A stretch of DNA of 64,000 bases, taken from Collinsella sp. Lineage in GTDB: Bacteria; Actinomycetota; Coriobacteriia; Coriobacteriales; Coriobacteriaceae. Within the stretch, counting starts at the first letter, position 1; each line of letters starts with the position of its first letter. The stretch covers positions 7,185 to 71,184 of the forward strand of contig JAIIUG010000001.1 of the NCBI GenBank assembly GCA_022739635.1, written 5' to 3'. A program made the position numbers and the translations under genes. The notes below the pieces were generated by a model. The model made no database searches and was not told the DNA's origin. It was given only the letters and a program-made list of their open reading frames with translations. Positions 9,020 through 18,103 of this stretch are shown here, one piece after another.

Positions 9020-9733
9020 CTAGCCTCCGAGATATGCCTTACGCACGTTGTCGTCGTGCAGGAGCTCTTGGCCCGTGCCGGTCATGGTGATCTTGCCGGT
9101 CTCGAGCACGTAGCCGCGCGTGGCGATCGAGAGCGCCATCTGCGCGTTCTGCTCGACCAGAAGCACCGTGGTGCCGGCCTTGTGCAGGTCCTCGACAATC
9201 TGGAAGATCTGCTCAATCAGAATCGGCGCCAAGCCCATGGAAGGCTCGTCGAGCATGAGCAGCTTGGGGTTGCTCATAAGGGCGCGGCCCATAACGAGCA
9301 TCTGCTGCTCGCCGCCCGAAAGGGTGCCGGCGACCTGGCGACGGCGCTCCTTCAGGCGCGGGAACTGCTCGTAGACGCGCTCAAGGCCCGGAGCAACCGT
9401 GGACTTGGGCTGCGTGTAGGCGCCCATCTCCAGGTTCTCCTCGACCGTCATCTGCAAAAAGGCGCGACGGCCCTCGGGCACCTGGGCCAGGCCCTTACCA
9501 ACCAGCTTATCGGCGGGCGTATGGGTAATGTCCTCGCCCATAAACTTGATGGAGCCGGTCTTGGAACGCAGCAGGCCCGAGACAGTCTTGAGCGTTGTGG
9601 ACTTGCCGGCACCGTTCGCGCCGATCAGAGCCACGATCTCGCCCTCGTTGACGTTAAAGGAGATGTCCTTGATGGCGTGGATGGCGCCGTACCAGACGTT
9701 GATGTTGTAGACGGAAAGCATCGGCTCTGCCAT
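9020..9733 (-). CDS. livF: Branched-chain amino acid ABC transporter ATP-binding protein LivF
   Basis: Walker A GANGAGKST, signature LSGGEQQML and Walker B LLMLDEPSMGLAP. It is the last gene of the liv-type operon. Confidence 0.9.
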   Translation of the reverse strand: MAEPMLSVYNINVWYGAIHAIKDISFNVNEGEIVALIGANGAGKSTTLKTVSGLLRSKTGSIKFMGEDITHTPADKLVGKGLAQVPEGRRAFLQMTVEENLEMGAYTQPKSTVAPGLERVYEQFPRLKERRRQVAGTLSGGEQQMLVMGRALMSNPKLLMLDEPSMGLAPILIEQIFQIVEDLHKAGTTVLLVEQNAQMALSIATRGYVLETGKITMTGTGQELLHDDNVRKAYLGG

Positions 9734-10594
9734 TTAGTTCTCCCCCTTATCCTGCTTGCCCAGATACGCCTCGATAACGGCGTCGTTGTTCTGGATCTCC
9801 TCGGCTGTGCCCTTGGCGATGACCTTACCAAAGTTGAGCACGCAGATGCCCTCGCAGATGTTCATAACGAGCGACATGTCATGCTCGATAAGCATGATGG
9901 CAATGCCGAAGGTGTCGCGGATCTTGACGATGTTCTCCATGAGCTCGGCGGTCTCGGACGGGTTCATGCCGGCGGCAGGCTCGTCGAGCAGCAGTAGCTT
10001 GGGGTTGGTGGCAAGCGCGCGGACGATCTCCAGACGACGCTGGGCGCCGTAAGGCAGCGATCCGGCCTGCTCGTTTGCCAGGTGCTCCATATCAAAGATG
10101 GACAGCAGTTCCATGGCGCGCTCGTGGGCGGCCTTCTCGTGCTTCCAGTACGTAGGCAGGCGTAGCACGCCCTCAAAGCCGGAGTAACGCTCCTGGTTGT
10201 GCAGACCGACCTTAACGTTATCCTCCACCGTCATGGTGTTGAACAGGCGAATGTTCTGGAAGGTACGAGCGATGCCCATACGGTTGACCTGATAGACCGA
10301 CTTACCCGAGGTGTCCTCACCGTCGAGCAGGATGGTGCCGTGCGTGGGCTGGTACACCTTGGTGAGCAGGTTGAAGACCGTGGTCTTGCCGGCACCGTTG
10401 GGGCCGATCAGACCAGCGATCTCAGTCTTGCCGATGGTTAGGCTAAAGTCGTCGACTGCCTTAAGGCCGCCGAATTCAATGCCCAGGTGGATGCACTCGA
10501 GCGCCGGACGCTCGCCCAGGTCGCGGTCGGGAACGATGGCGCCAGAAGGATACGGGACCATCTTGCCCTTGTTGAACTCAAACTTACTGGGCAT
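9734..10594 (-). CDS. livG: Branched-chain amino acid ABC transporter ATP-binding protein LivG
   Basis: ORF track gives 9734..10621. I moved the start to M10 (MPSKFEF), which is preceded by a strong SD (GAAGGAGGTG). Motifs GPNGAGKTT, LPYGAQRRLEIVRAL and LLLLDEPAAGMNP. Confidence 0.9.
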   Translation of the reverse strand: MPSKFEFNKGKMVPYPSGAIVPDRDLGERPALECIHLGIEFGGLKAVDDFSLTIGKTEIAGLIGPNGAGKTTVFNLLTKVYQPTHGTILLDGEDTSGKSVYQVNRMGIARTFQNIRLFNTMTVEDNVKVGLHNQERYSGFEGVLRLPTYWKHEKAAHERAMELLSIFDMEHLANEQAGSLPYGAQRRLEIVRALATNPKLLLLDEPAAGMNPSETAELMENIVKIRDTFGIAIMLIEHDMSLVMNICEGICVLNFGKVIAKGTAEEIQNNDAVIEAYLGKQDKGEN

Positions 10595-11672
10595 CGGCTG
10601 CCACCTCCTTCTTGGAAGCAAAGCGGTCCTTAATGCGTGCGAAGAACGCCTTGAGCTGCGGGTTGTTGGTAAAGATCATGACCAGGATCAGCACGATGGC
10701 GTAGATGAGCATGCGGTAGTCCGAGAACTGACGGAGCAGCTCGGGAAGCACCGTGAGCAACGCCGCCGCGATGACGGAGCCGCGCATATTGCCCAGACCA
10801 CCCAAGACCACGAATACCAGGATGAGGATGGACGTGTTGAAGTCGAACTTGGTGGCGGAGAGCTGCGAGAAGTTACCGCCGAAGAGGGCTCCGGCAGCAC
10901 CGGCGAGGGCAGCGGAAACCACGAAGGCGATCATGCGGTACTCGGTGACGGAGATGCCTACGGACTCGGCTGCAATCTTGTTATCGCGCACGGCCATAAT
11001 GGCACGGCCGGTACGGCTGCGAACCAGGTTGAGCACGATCACGAGTGCGACCATGACCAGGATGGCACCGGCGAGGAAGGTCGAGTACGTCGACACGCCC
11101 GAGGCGCCCTGGGCGCCCTTGATGATGGCGGTGCCGTCCTCGAGCAGATGCAGGTCGTCGATCGTAGAGTTACCCGTGATGTTAAAGATCACATGCAGGC
11201 CGCGGGAGTCGACGCCCACGATAAGGCAGGTGACAATCTCTTTGATGATCTCGCCAAAAGCCAGGGTCACGATGGCCAGATAGTCGCCGCTCAGGCGCAG
11301 GACCGGGATGCCGATCAAGAAGCCCAGGATAGCGGCAGCGATGGCGCCGACCACGATGCTGATGATAAGGCGCACCGGATCGGAGGGAACGGCGCTCTCG
11401 AGGGCGACTGCGGTGACGATGCCCGTGTAGGCACCGACACTCATAAAGCCCGCATGGCCCAGCGACAAGTCACCCGCGATACCGACGACGAGGTTGAGGG
11501 AAATGGCCATGACGATGTAGGCCGTAATGGGGACCAACTGACCGGCGATCATGCGCGGGATCATATGGTTGGACTGCATAAAGAACACGATGGCGAAGGC
11601 CACGATGCACATGGCGTACGTGACAAAGTCGTGACGCGTCTGCTTATCTTTAAGAATCTTCATAACGCTCAC
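10584..11672 (-). CDS. livM: Branched-chain amino acid ABC transporter permease LivM
   Basis: 362-aa polytopic protein with the LSLGHAGFMSVGAY motif. The GTG start abuts the livH stop. It overlaps the livG start by 11 nt. Confidence 0.9.
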   Translation of the reverse strand: MSVMKILKDKQTRHDFVTYAMCIVAFAIVFFMQSNHMIPRMIAGQLVPITAYIVMAISLNLVVGIAGDLSLGHAGFMSVGAYTGIVTAVALESAVPSDPVRLIISIVVGAIAAAILGFLIGIPVLRLSGDYLAIVTLAFGEIIKEIVTCLIVGVDSRGLHVIFNITGNSTIDDLHLLEDGTAIIKGAQGASGVSTYSTFLAGAILVMVALVIVLNLVRSRTGRAIMAVRDNKIAAESVGISVTEYRMIAFVVSAALAGAAGALFGGNFSQLSATKFDFNTSILILVFVVLGGLGNMRGSVIAAALLTVLPELLRQFSDYRMLIYAIVLILVMIFTNNPQLKAFFARIKDRFASKKEVAADAQ

Positions 11673-12554
11673 CTACACCTTCTCGGGGACGTACTTGCCC
11701 AAGAGGCCGGCAGGCTTGACGAGCAGGACGATGATCAAAACACCAAAGACGATGGAGTTGGCAAGGCTCGTGGAAATGTAGGCCTGCGCCATCGCCTCGA
11801 TGATGCCGATGAGAATGCCGCCGACAAAGGCGCCGGGGATGGAGCCGATGCCGCCGAAAACGGCAGCGTCGAAGGCCTTGATGCCAGGCATGGCGCCCGT
11901 GGTGGGCTGCAGGACCGGCGAGTAGGAGCACAGCAGCACGCCGGCGATGGCGGCAAGGGCGGAGCCGATGGCAAACGTCATCGAGATGGTGCGGTTGACG
12001 TTGATGCCCATGAGCTGAGCGGCGGCCTTGTCCTCGGACACGGCGCGCATGGCCTTGCCCATCTTGGTCTTACCTGTAAAGAACATCAGGCCGGCCATGA
12101 TAACCAGGCAGGCGACGATGGTGACGAGCGAGACGGCGCTTACGTTGAGCTTGGCCAAGAACTCCGGCACCGGGAAGGCAACGAGTGAAGTGAAGTTCTT
12201 GGGCGTGGCGCCCCACAGAAGCTGTGCGGCGTTCTGCAGGAAGTAGGACACGCCGATAGCCGTGATCAGAACGGCCAGCGGGCCCGCCTGACGCAGTGGC
12301 TTGTATGCCAGACCCTCGATGAGAACACCGAGAACGGTACAGACCACACAAGAGAGAATTACAGATGCCCAGCCCGGGAGGCCGAGATACGACGTGGCGC
12401 AGAACGAGACATAGGCACCGACCATGATGACGTCGCCGTGAGCGAAGTTCAGCATCTTGGCGATACCGTAGACCATGGTGTAGCCCAACGCGATGATGGC
12501 GTAGACGCTGCCCATGGACAGGCCGTTGACCAGGTATTGGATAAAGACCGTCAT
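11673..12554 (-). CDS. livH: Branched-chain amino acid ABC transporter permease LivH
   Basis: ORF track gives 11673..12647. I moved the start to M32 (MTVFIQYLVNGLSMGSVYAIIALGYTMVYG), with SD AAGGGGGA about 8 nt upstream. Carries the FAHGDVIMVGAY motif. Confidence 0.9.
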   Translation of the reverse strand: MTVFIQYLVNGLSMGSVYAIIALGYTMVYGIAKMLNFAHGDVIMVGAYVSFCATSYLGLPGWASVILSCVVCTVLGVLIEGLAYKPLRQAGPLAVLITAIGVSYFLQNAAQLLWGATPKNFTSLVAFPVPEFLAKLNVSAVSLVTIVACLVIMAGLMFFTGKTKMGKAMRAVSEDKAAAQLMGINVNRTISMTFAIGSALAAIAGVLLCSYSPVLQPTTGAMPGIKAFDAAVFGGIGSIPGAFVGGILIGIIEAMAQAYISTSLANSIVFGVLIIVLLVKPAGLLGKYVPEKV

Positions 12555-12693
12555 GTTCCACATCCCCCTTTCGAATAGGTTTCCAGTTGATGTATGAAAC
12601 AGGGACGTTACATCGTCCCTAGATACCAAGCAAGCAGGGAAGGCCAAAACCTCCCCTGCTTGGGATCAAAACCGCTCTATGTAAGGCGGCCTA

Positions 12694-13881
12694 TTAGGCC
12701 TGTACGTACTTGCCGTCGGTGATGACGTACGCCGTGGGCTCCTTCTGGACCTGGCCCTTATCGTTCCAGGTGAGCTTGCCGGTCAGACCGTCAACGGTAA
12801 TCTTGAGCATAGCCTTGGGCAGCTTCTCGGCGACCTCGGTCGGGTCGGCGTCGACACCAAGACCGGCCTCCTTGAGGGCCTCGGCCACCGCGTGCACGCC
12901 ATCGTAGGCGTCGGCGGCAAACTGGTCGGGAGTATCGCCGTACTTATCCTTGTAAGCGTTGACGAAGTCGGCGTTCTTCTCGTCGTCGGCGGAGAACGGG
13001 GTCATGAGCAGCAGACCCTCGGCAAGAGAGGTGTCGAAGCCCTCAACGCCCAGGATGCCGTCCATGCCGTCGCAGCCCATCATCTTGACGTCGTAGCCCA
13101 TATCCTTGGCGTTCTTGAGCAGGACGGACGCCGGCGTGTAGTAGATCGGCGCAAAGATCATGGTGGCGCCGGCCTGCTTGGCCTTGGTCAGCTGGTTGGT
13201 GAAGCTCGTGGCGGAGTCGTCCTTAAAGGTCTCCTCGTCAACAACCTCGAGCTTGGACTCAGCGGCCTGGGCCTTAAAGGAATCTGCGATGCCCGAAGAA
13301 TAGGCGTCGCCGGAGTTATAGAACAGCACGAACTTCTCGTCCGCATACTTCTGCGCCAGGAACTTGGCAGCGTTGACACCCTGGTTGGGGTCGGTGAAGC
13401 AAACCTGGAAGACGCAATCCTTGCCGTCGGTGACGTCCTCGGAGGACGCGGACGGGGTGATCATGAACGTCTTGGGGTCGTTACCACACTCGGCGGCAAC
13501 GGCAACCGACGCACCCGTGGTGGTCGGGCCGACGAGGGCCTGCATGCCCCAGTCGAGCAGGGTGTTGAAGGCGTTGACGGCCTTCTCGCCATCGGCCTGG
13601 TCATCCTCGGCCTTGCTGGCAAGCGGCAGCTCCTTGGTCGAGAAATCCTTGCAGCCAAGCTCGACACCCTGGGTAACGGACTTGCCGTAAGACGCGTTGG
13701 CGCCGGTCAGCGGGCCGATGGTGCCGACTTTAAACGAAGCGTCGCTCGAAGCGGAACCGCTGTCGCCGCCGTTGGAGGAGCAACCAGCTAGAATGGACAT
13801 CGCCCCCAGACCTGCTGCGCTCGCGATAACGCTCCTGCGATTCATAACAGGGTTCAATGACTTACCGGTGAGGCTCGACAT
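12694..13881 (-). CDS. Branched-chain amino acid ABC transporter substrate-binding lipoprotein (LivJ/K-like), paralog 1
   Basis: Lipobox LAGCSS. The length and motifs fit a type I periplasmic-binding-protein fold. SD GAGAGGAGAG upstream. Shares long identical blocks with the 14153..15319 gene product. Confidence 0.9.
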   Translation of the reverse strand: MSSLTGKSLNPVMNRRSVIASAAGLGAMSILAGCSSNGGDSGSASSDASFKVGTIGPLTGANASYGKSVTQGVELGCKDFSTKELPLASKAEDDQADGEKAVNAFNTLLDWGMQALVGPTTTGASVAVAAECGNDPKTFMITPSASSEDVTDGKDCVFQVCFTDPNQGVNAAKFLAQKYADEKFVLFYNSGDAYSSGIADSFKAQAAESKLEVVDEETFKDDSATSFTNQLTKAKQAGATMIFAPIYYTPASVLLKNAKDMGYDVKMMGCDGMDGILGVEGFDTSLAEGLLLMTPFSADDEKNADFVNAYKDKYGDTPDQFAADAYDGVHAVAEALKEAGLGVDADPTEVAEKLPKAMLKITVDGLTGKLTWNDKGQVQKEPTAYVITDGKYVQA

Positions 13882-14152
13882 GCGGCTCTCCTCTCAAATC
13901 TCGTCGGGTTTCGGTTACCCGACAGGCCATCCTTCGCCGTATTCGGCGTTCGCAAAATAGTAGACGCTTTAGTTGAGAAAAGTGGCGATTATTTCAACTT
14001 TTCTTTTGTTTTGTCCATTTATCCATAATTATGCGTATTTCTAACGGTTTATGCAGTTTAGCCACTTTATTGTGTGAAAGTAATATTTCCATTCTGTTAC
14101 AAGCGCCCCTGCCCTGATTAAAACACCCTCACCGGTCGCGTTTTGCGCGCAC

Positions 14153-15319
14153 CTAGGCGGCGATGTACTTGCCGTCCTGAATCACATAGGCCGTAGCGGG
14201 CTTTTCAACCTGGCCCTTGTCGTTCCACGTCAGCTCGCCCGTTAGGCCCTCGATCTTGATCTTGCGCATGGCCTTGGCAAGGTCGCCGGCAATGTCGGCG
14301 CCGTCGGCCGTAATGTCAATGTCTGCCTTATCGATGGCCTCGGCAATCGCGTGGACGCAGTCATAGGCATCGGCGGCAAACTGGTTGGGCGTCTCGTCGT
14401 AGGCGTCCTTATATGCCTTGACGAAGTCGGCGTTCTTCTCATCGTCGGCAGAGAACGGGGTCATGAGCAGCACGCCCTCGGCAAGAGAGGTATCGAAACC
14501 CTCAACGGAGAGCAGGCCGTCCATGCCGTCGGTGCCCATGAGGGTCATGTCGTAGCCCATGTCCTTGGCATTCTTGAGCAGGACGGACGCCGGCGTGTAA
14601 TAGATCGGTGCAAAGATGAGCGTGGCGCCGGCCTCCTTGGCCTTGGTGAGCTGGTTGGTAAAGCTCGTGGAGGAGTCGTCCTTAAAGGTCTCGGTATCGA
14701 CGATGTCGAGCTTGGATGCCTTGGCCTGCTCGGCAAAGGCATCGGCAACGCCCGAGCTGTACGTATCGCCGGAGTTGTAGAACAGGGCGATCTTGGCGTC
14801 CGCATACTTCTCGGTCAAGAACTTCGCAGCGCTGGCGCCCATGGTGGGATCGGTAAAGCAAACTTGAAAGACCGTGGTCTTATCCTTGGTGACGTCGAGC
14901 GACGAGGCCGAAGGCGTAACCATGAGCATATCGTCGGCGATCTCGCCCGAGACGGCGACAGCGGCACCAGTTGTGACGGGGCCGACGAGCGCTTGCATGC
15001 CCCAGTCGCACAAGGTATTGAAAGCGTTGATGGCCTTCTCGCCGTCGGCGACATCGTCCTCGGACTTAAGCGAAAGCTTGAGGTCCTTGTTCGAGAGATC
15101 CTTGGCGGCAAGCTTGGCGCCCTTCTCGGCCGAGACGCCATAGGTTGCCGCGGCGCCTGTCAGAGGGCCGATGACACCGATCTTGAAGGTCTTGCCGTCA
15201 TCGACGGAGCCGCCGTCCGAGCCACCCGACGAGCAACCGGCGAGTGCGGCGGTGCTGCCGAGCGCCGCGGCGCCGGCGAGAAAGTTCCTACGGCTGAGCG
15301 TGCTGTTGATGTTGAACAT
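14153..15319 (-). CDS. Branched-chain amino acid ABC transporter substrate-binding lipoprotein, paralog 2
   Basis: ORF track gives 14153..15373. I moved the start to M19 (MFNINSTLSRRNFLAGAAALGSTAALAGCSS), with SD AAGGGGGA. Has a Tat-like RR motif and a lipobox. Paralogous to 12694..13881. Confidence 0.85.
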   Translation of the reverse strand: MFNINSTLSRRNFLAGAAALGSTAALAGCSSGGSDGGSVDDGKTFKIGVIGPLTGAAATYGVSAEKGAKLAAKDLSNKDLKLSLKSEDDVADGEKAINAFNTLCDWGMQALVGPVTTGAAVAVSGEIADDMLMVTPSASSLDVTKDKTTVFQVCFTDPTMGASAAKFLTEKYADAKIALFYNSGDTYSSGVADAFAEQAKASKLDIVDTETFKDDSSTSFTNQLTKAKEAGATLIFAPIYYTPASVLLKNAKDMGYDMTLMGTDGMDGLLSVEGFDTSLAEGVLLMTPFSADDEKNADFVKAYKDAYDETPNQFAADAYDCVHAIAEAIDKADIDITADGADIAGDLAKAMRKIKIEGLTGELTWNDKGQVEKPATAYVIQDGKYIAA

Positions 15320-15571
15320 GGTGTCCCCCTTTTTTCGCTGGCCGCAGCGCGGCCGTCTTGCGGTACGGGGCAAACCTTATGGCGCAAACGTTGACAGTTT
15401 GTTACGGAGTTCCGTTTGTAGCGAGCATGTTTCCAATATTTCCGCAGCGTTTCGGGGGTGCCGTTTTGTGCGACTCCTGTTGCCTGGCGAGCACACGCCC
15501 TCGGTTCACGCTAGAATGCACTCAACCTTTAAGCGGTTAATCCATCCATAAGATGCACGAAGGAGCTATCT

Positions 15572-16915
15572 ATGAGCGAACCCCTGCGCACCGTGAACGT
15601 CGGTCTGATCGGTCTGGGAACCGTCGGCGGCGGCGTGGCCCGTCTGATCAAGAGCCACCACGATGAGTACCTGGCCGCCTACGGCATCGACCTTAAGCTG
15701 ACCCGCGCCTGCGCGCTTGCCTGGGAGCAGGCCGAGGCGGCAGGCATTGAGCGCGAGGCCTTTACGAGCGACTGGCACGATGTCGTCACCGACCCCGCCG
15801 TCGACATCGTCGTCGAGCTGATCGGCGGCGAGCACCCCGCAACCGAGATCTTCACCACCGCCTTCGAGAACGGCAAGCATGTCGTCTCCGCCAACAAGGC
15901 CCTGCTGGGCCGCCATGTCGAGACGCTCGCCGAGAAGGCACGCGCGTGCGGCGTGCAGATTAAGTGCGAGGCCAGCTGCGGCGGCGGCATCCCCATCGTG
16001 AGCACGCTCGAGCACGACCTGGTGGGCAACAAGATCCTGACCATCGCCGGCATTCTCAACGGTACCACCAACTATATCCTGTCGCGCATGGACGCCGAGG
16101 GCGCCGATTACGCCGACGTACTTGCCGACGCGCAGGCCAAGGGCTATGCCGAGGCCAACCCGTCCGCCGACGTCGACGGCTTCGACGCCGCCAGCAAGAC
16201 GGCAATCCTCGCCTCCATCGGTTTTGGCACCCGCGTTACCACCGACGATGTGTACCAGCAGGGTATCCGTACCATCGGTGCCGAGGACATCGCCCAGGCC
16301 CGCGAGCTCGGCTACACCATTAAGCTGCTCGGCATCGCCCGCAATACCGACGCCGGCGTCGACGTCCGCGTTCATCCCACGCTGATCCCCGCCGACCACA
16401 TGCTTGCCAAGGTCAACGGCGCCATGAACGCTGTCTACGTGGTAGGCGACGCCGTGGGCGAGACCATGTTCTACGGTGCCGGCGCAGGCTCCTTCCCCAC
16501 CGCGAGCGCCGTCGTGGGCGATATTCTGTCGCTCTCCGAGCAGATCAGCCGCGGCGTGGCTCCGCTGCCCGAGATTGAGCCCTATGGCCACAACCTCGCC
16601 TTTAAGCCCATGGACGAGCTCCAGACCAAGTACTATGTGCGCCTGAAGGTCGCCGACCGCGTGGGCGCCCTGTCCGAGACGGTCGACATCTTTGCAAAGC
16701 ACAACATCTCGATCTCGCTCATCAACCAGGTCGAGGACGGCAAATCGGGCGTCAGCGATGCCTGCTCGGTCATCTTCCTGACGCACCGCGCGCTCGAGAA
16801 GGACGTCCAGGCTGCCGCCGCCGAGCTTGCCGGCGTCGACTGCGTGGCCGAGGTCGCCAACGTCCTGCGCATCGAGGACGTTGAGGCCTGGACCGAAGGC
16901 GTCATGGCGAACTAA
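15572..16915 (+). CDS. hom: Homoserine dehydrogenase
   Basis: NAD-binding site VGLIGLGTVGGGV, the central catalytic region, and a C-terminal ACT-like segment YYVRLKVADRVGALSETVDIFAKHNISI. Confidence 0.9.
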   Translation: MSEPLRTVNVGLIGLGTVGGGVARLIKSHHDEYLAAYGIDLKLTRACALAWEQAEAAGIEREAFTSDWHDVVTDPAVDIVVELIGGEHPATEIFTTAFENGKHVVSANKALLGRHVETLAEKARACGVQIKCEASCGGGIPIVSTLEHDLVGNKILTIAGILNGTTNYILSRMDAEGADYADVLADAQAKGYAEANPSADVDGFDAASKTAILASIGFGTRVTTDDVYQQGIRTIGAEDIAQARELGYTIKLLGIARNTDAGVDVRVHPTLIPADHMLAKVNGAMNAVYVVGDAVGETMFYGAGAGSFPTASAVVGDILSLSEQISRGVAPLPEIEPYGHNLAFKPMDELQTKYYVRLKVADRVGALSETVDIFAKHNISISLINQVEDGKSGVSDACSVIFLTHRALEKDVQAAAAELAGVDCVAEVANVLRIEDVEAWTEGVMAN

Positions 16916-16945
16916 TTCGATCTTTGCTTTACGGCATATGTGTGA

Positions 16946-16980
16946 GGGGCTCCCGTCCGGCGCTGGACGGGAGCCCCTTT
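16946..16980 (+). terminator. Rho-independent terminator after hom
   Basis: GGGGCTCCCGTCC-ggcgct-GGACGGGAGCCCC followed by TTT. Confidence 0.8.
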
Positions 16981-17132
16981 GCCTGCGCACGCTGGGCGTA
17001 TTGGCGCAATCAGCATTTGAACAACTCGGCCGCTCCTGACAGCCGGGGGCACCGTTCGCCGATGTGCAACCGAAGCCGATTTTGGCTACCGCTATGCTGT
17101 GCTTATATCCGTCCACGAAGAGAGGAAGCACT

Positions 17133-17882
17133 ATGTTGCTCGAAGGCAAGAAAGCAATCATCACCGGAGGCACGCGCGGGATCGGCTATGCCATCGCCTG
17201 CCGTTTTATCGAGGAAGGTGCCGCCGTCACCGTCTTTGGCTCGCGCCAGGAGACCGCCGATGCAGCCGTCGAGAAGCTGGTCGCCGCCTATCCCGAGGCC
17301 AAGGTCTGGGGCCGCTCCTGCGACCTCACCTCGCTCGAGGCCGTAACCGAGGCCTTTACCCAGGCTGCCGCCGATATGGGCGGCTTGGACACGGTCGTCA
17401 ACAATGCCGGCATCTCCCAGCGCTCGCCCCTTTTGGATTACACGGCCGAGGAGTTCGCCAAAGTCATGGACCTCAACGTCGTCGCCGTCTTTAACGGCCA
17501 CCAGGCGGCCGCCAAGATTATGACCGAGGCCGGCCACGGCGGCACCATCACCACCACGAGCTCGATGGTCGCCAAGTACGGCCAGCCCTCCGGCGTCGGT
17601 TACCCCACGTCCAAGTTTGCCGTCAACGGCATGGTCCAGTCGCTCTCGCGCGAGCTCGCCCCCATGGGTATTCGCGTCAACGCCGTCGCCCCAGGCGTAA
17701 CCAAGACCGATATGGTCGCCAACCTGCCCGAAGAGGTCATCAAGCCCATCATCGCCACCATTCCGCTGGGTCGCATGGGCGAGCCCGAGGATGTCGCCAA
17801 CGCCTTTGTCTTCTTGGCAAGCGACATGTCCTCCTATGTCACGGGCGCCATCCTCCCCGTCGACGGAGCCGCCCGCTCCTAA
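17133..17882 (+). CDS. SDR-family oxidoreductase (FabG-like)
   Basis: ORF track gives 17064..17882. I moved the start to M24 (MLLEGKKAIITGGTRGIG), with SD GAGAGGAAG. Motifs TGGTRGIG, NNAG and YPTSK (YxxxK). Confidence 0.85.
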   Translation: MLLEGKKAIITGGTRGIGYAIACRFIEEGAAVTVFGSRQETADAAVEKLVAAYPEAKVWGRSCDLTSLEAVTEAFTQAAADMGGLDTVVNNAGISQRSPLLDYTAEEFAKVMDLNVVAVFNGHQAAAKIMTEAGHGGTITTTSSMVAKYGQPSGVGYPTSKFAVNGMVQSLSRELAPMGIRVNAVAPGVTKTDMVANLPEEVIKPIIATIPLGRMGEPEDVANAFVFLASDMSSYVTGAILPVDGAARS

Positions 17883-17928
17883 AGGTCGCAAGCCACGACT
17901 CCTAGCCTCAACATTGCTCAACGCAAAA

Positions 17929-17974
17929 GGCGCGCTGCCTGCATCAACCGCAGGCAGCGCGCCTTCTTCTGTTT
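17929..17974 (+). terminator. Rho-independent terminator after the SDR gene
   Basis: GGCGCGCTGCCTGC-atcaacc-GCAGGCAGCGCGCC followed by TTCTTCTGTTT. Confidence 0.75.
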
Positions 17975-18103
17975 GAAGCGGAAGCCTGTCCCAGAATTCC
18001 GGCTCAGACCGGGACGCAGCTTCCCTCAGGGCCATGTTTCGGAAACTGCGCCCCGTTTCGGGTCTTTAAAGTGGGACGCGCCTTCCCCTGGGGAAGCATC
18101 TCG

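Noticed and set aside
10311-12188. 625-aa plus-strand ORF
   Set aside because: It is antisense to livG/livM/livH, which have clear ABC and permease motifs. Its composition (D/G/H/R/A runs) is typical of non-coding frames.
13882-14152. Promoter -35/-10 calls or a leader RNA in the AT-rich liv spacer
   Set aside because: Several weak hexamer pairs can be drawn but none is convincing. The 7-bp hairpin GAAAAGT..ACTTTTC has its T-run on the non-coding strand.
15566-17173. 535-aa minus-strand ORF
   Set aside because: It is antisense to homoserine dehydrogenase and spans the hom terminator. No motifs were seen.
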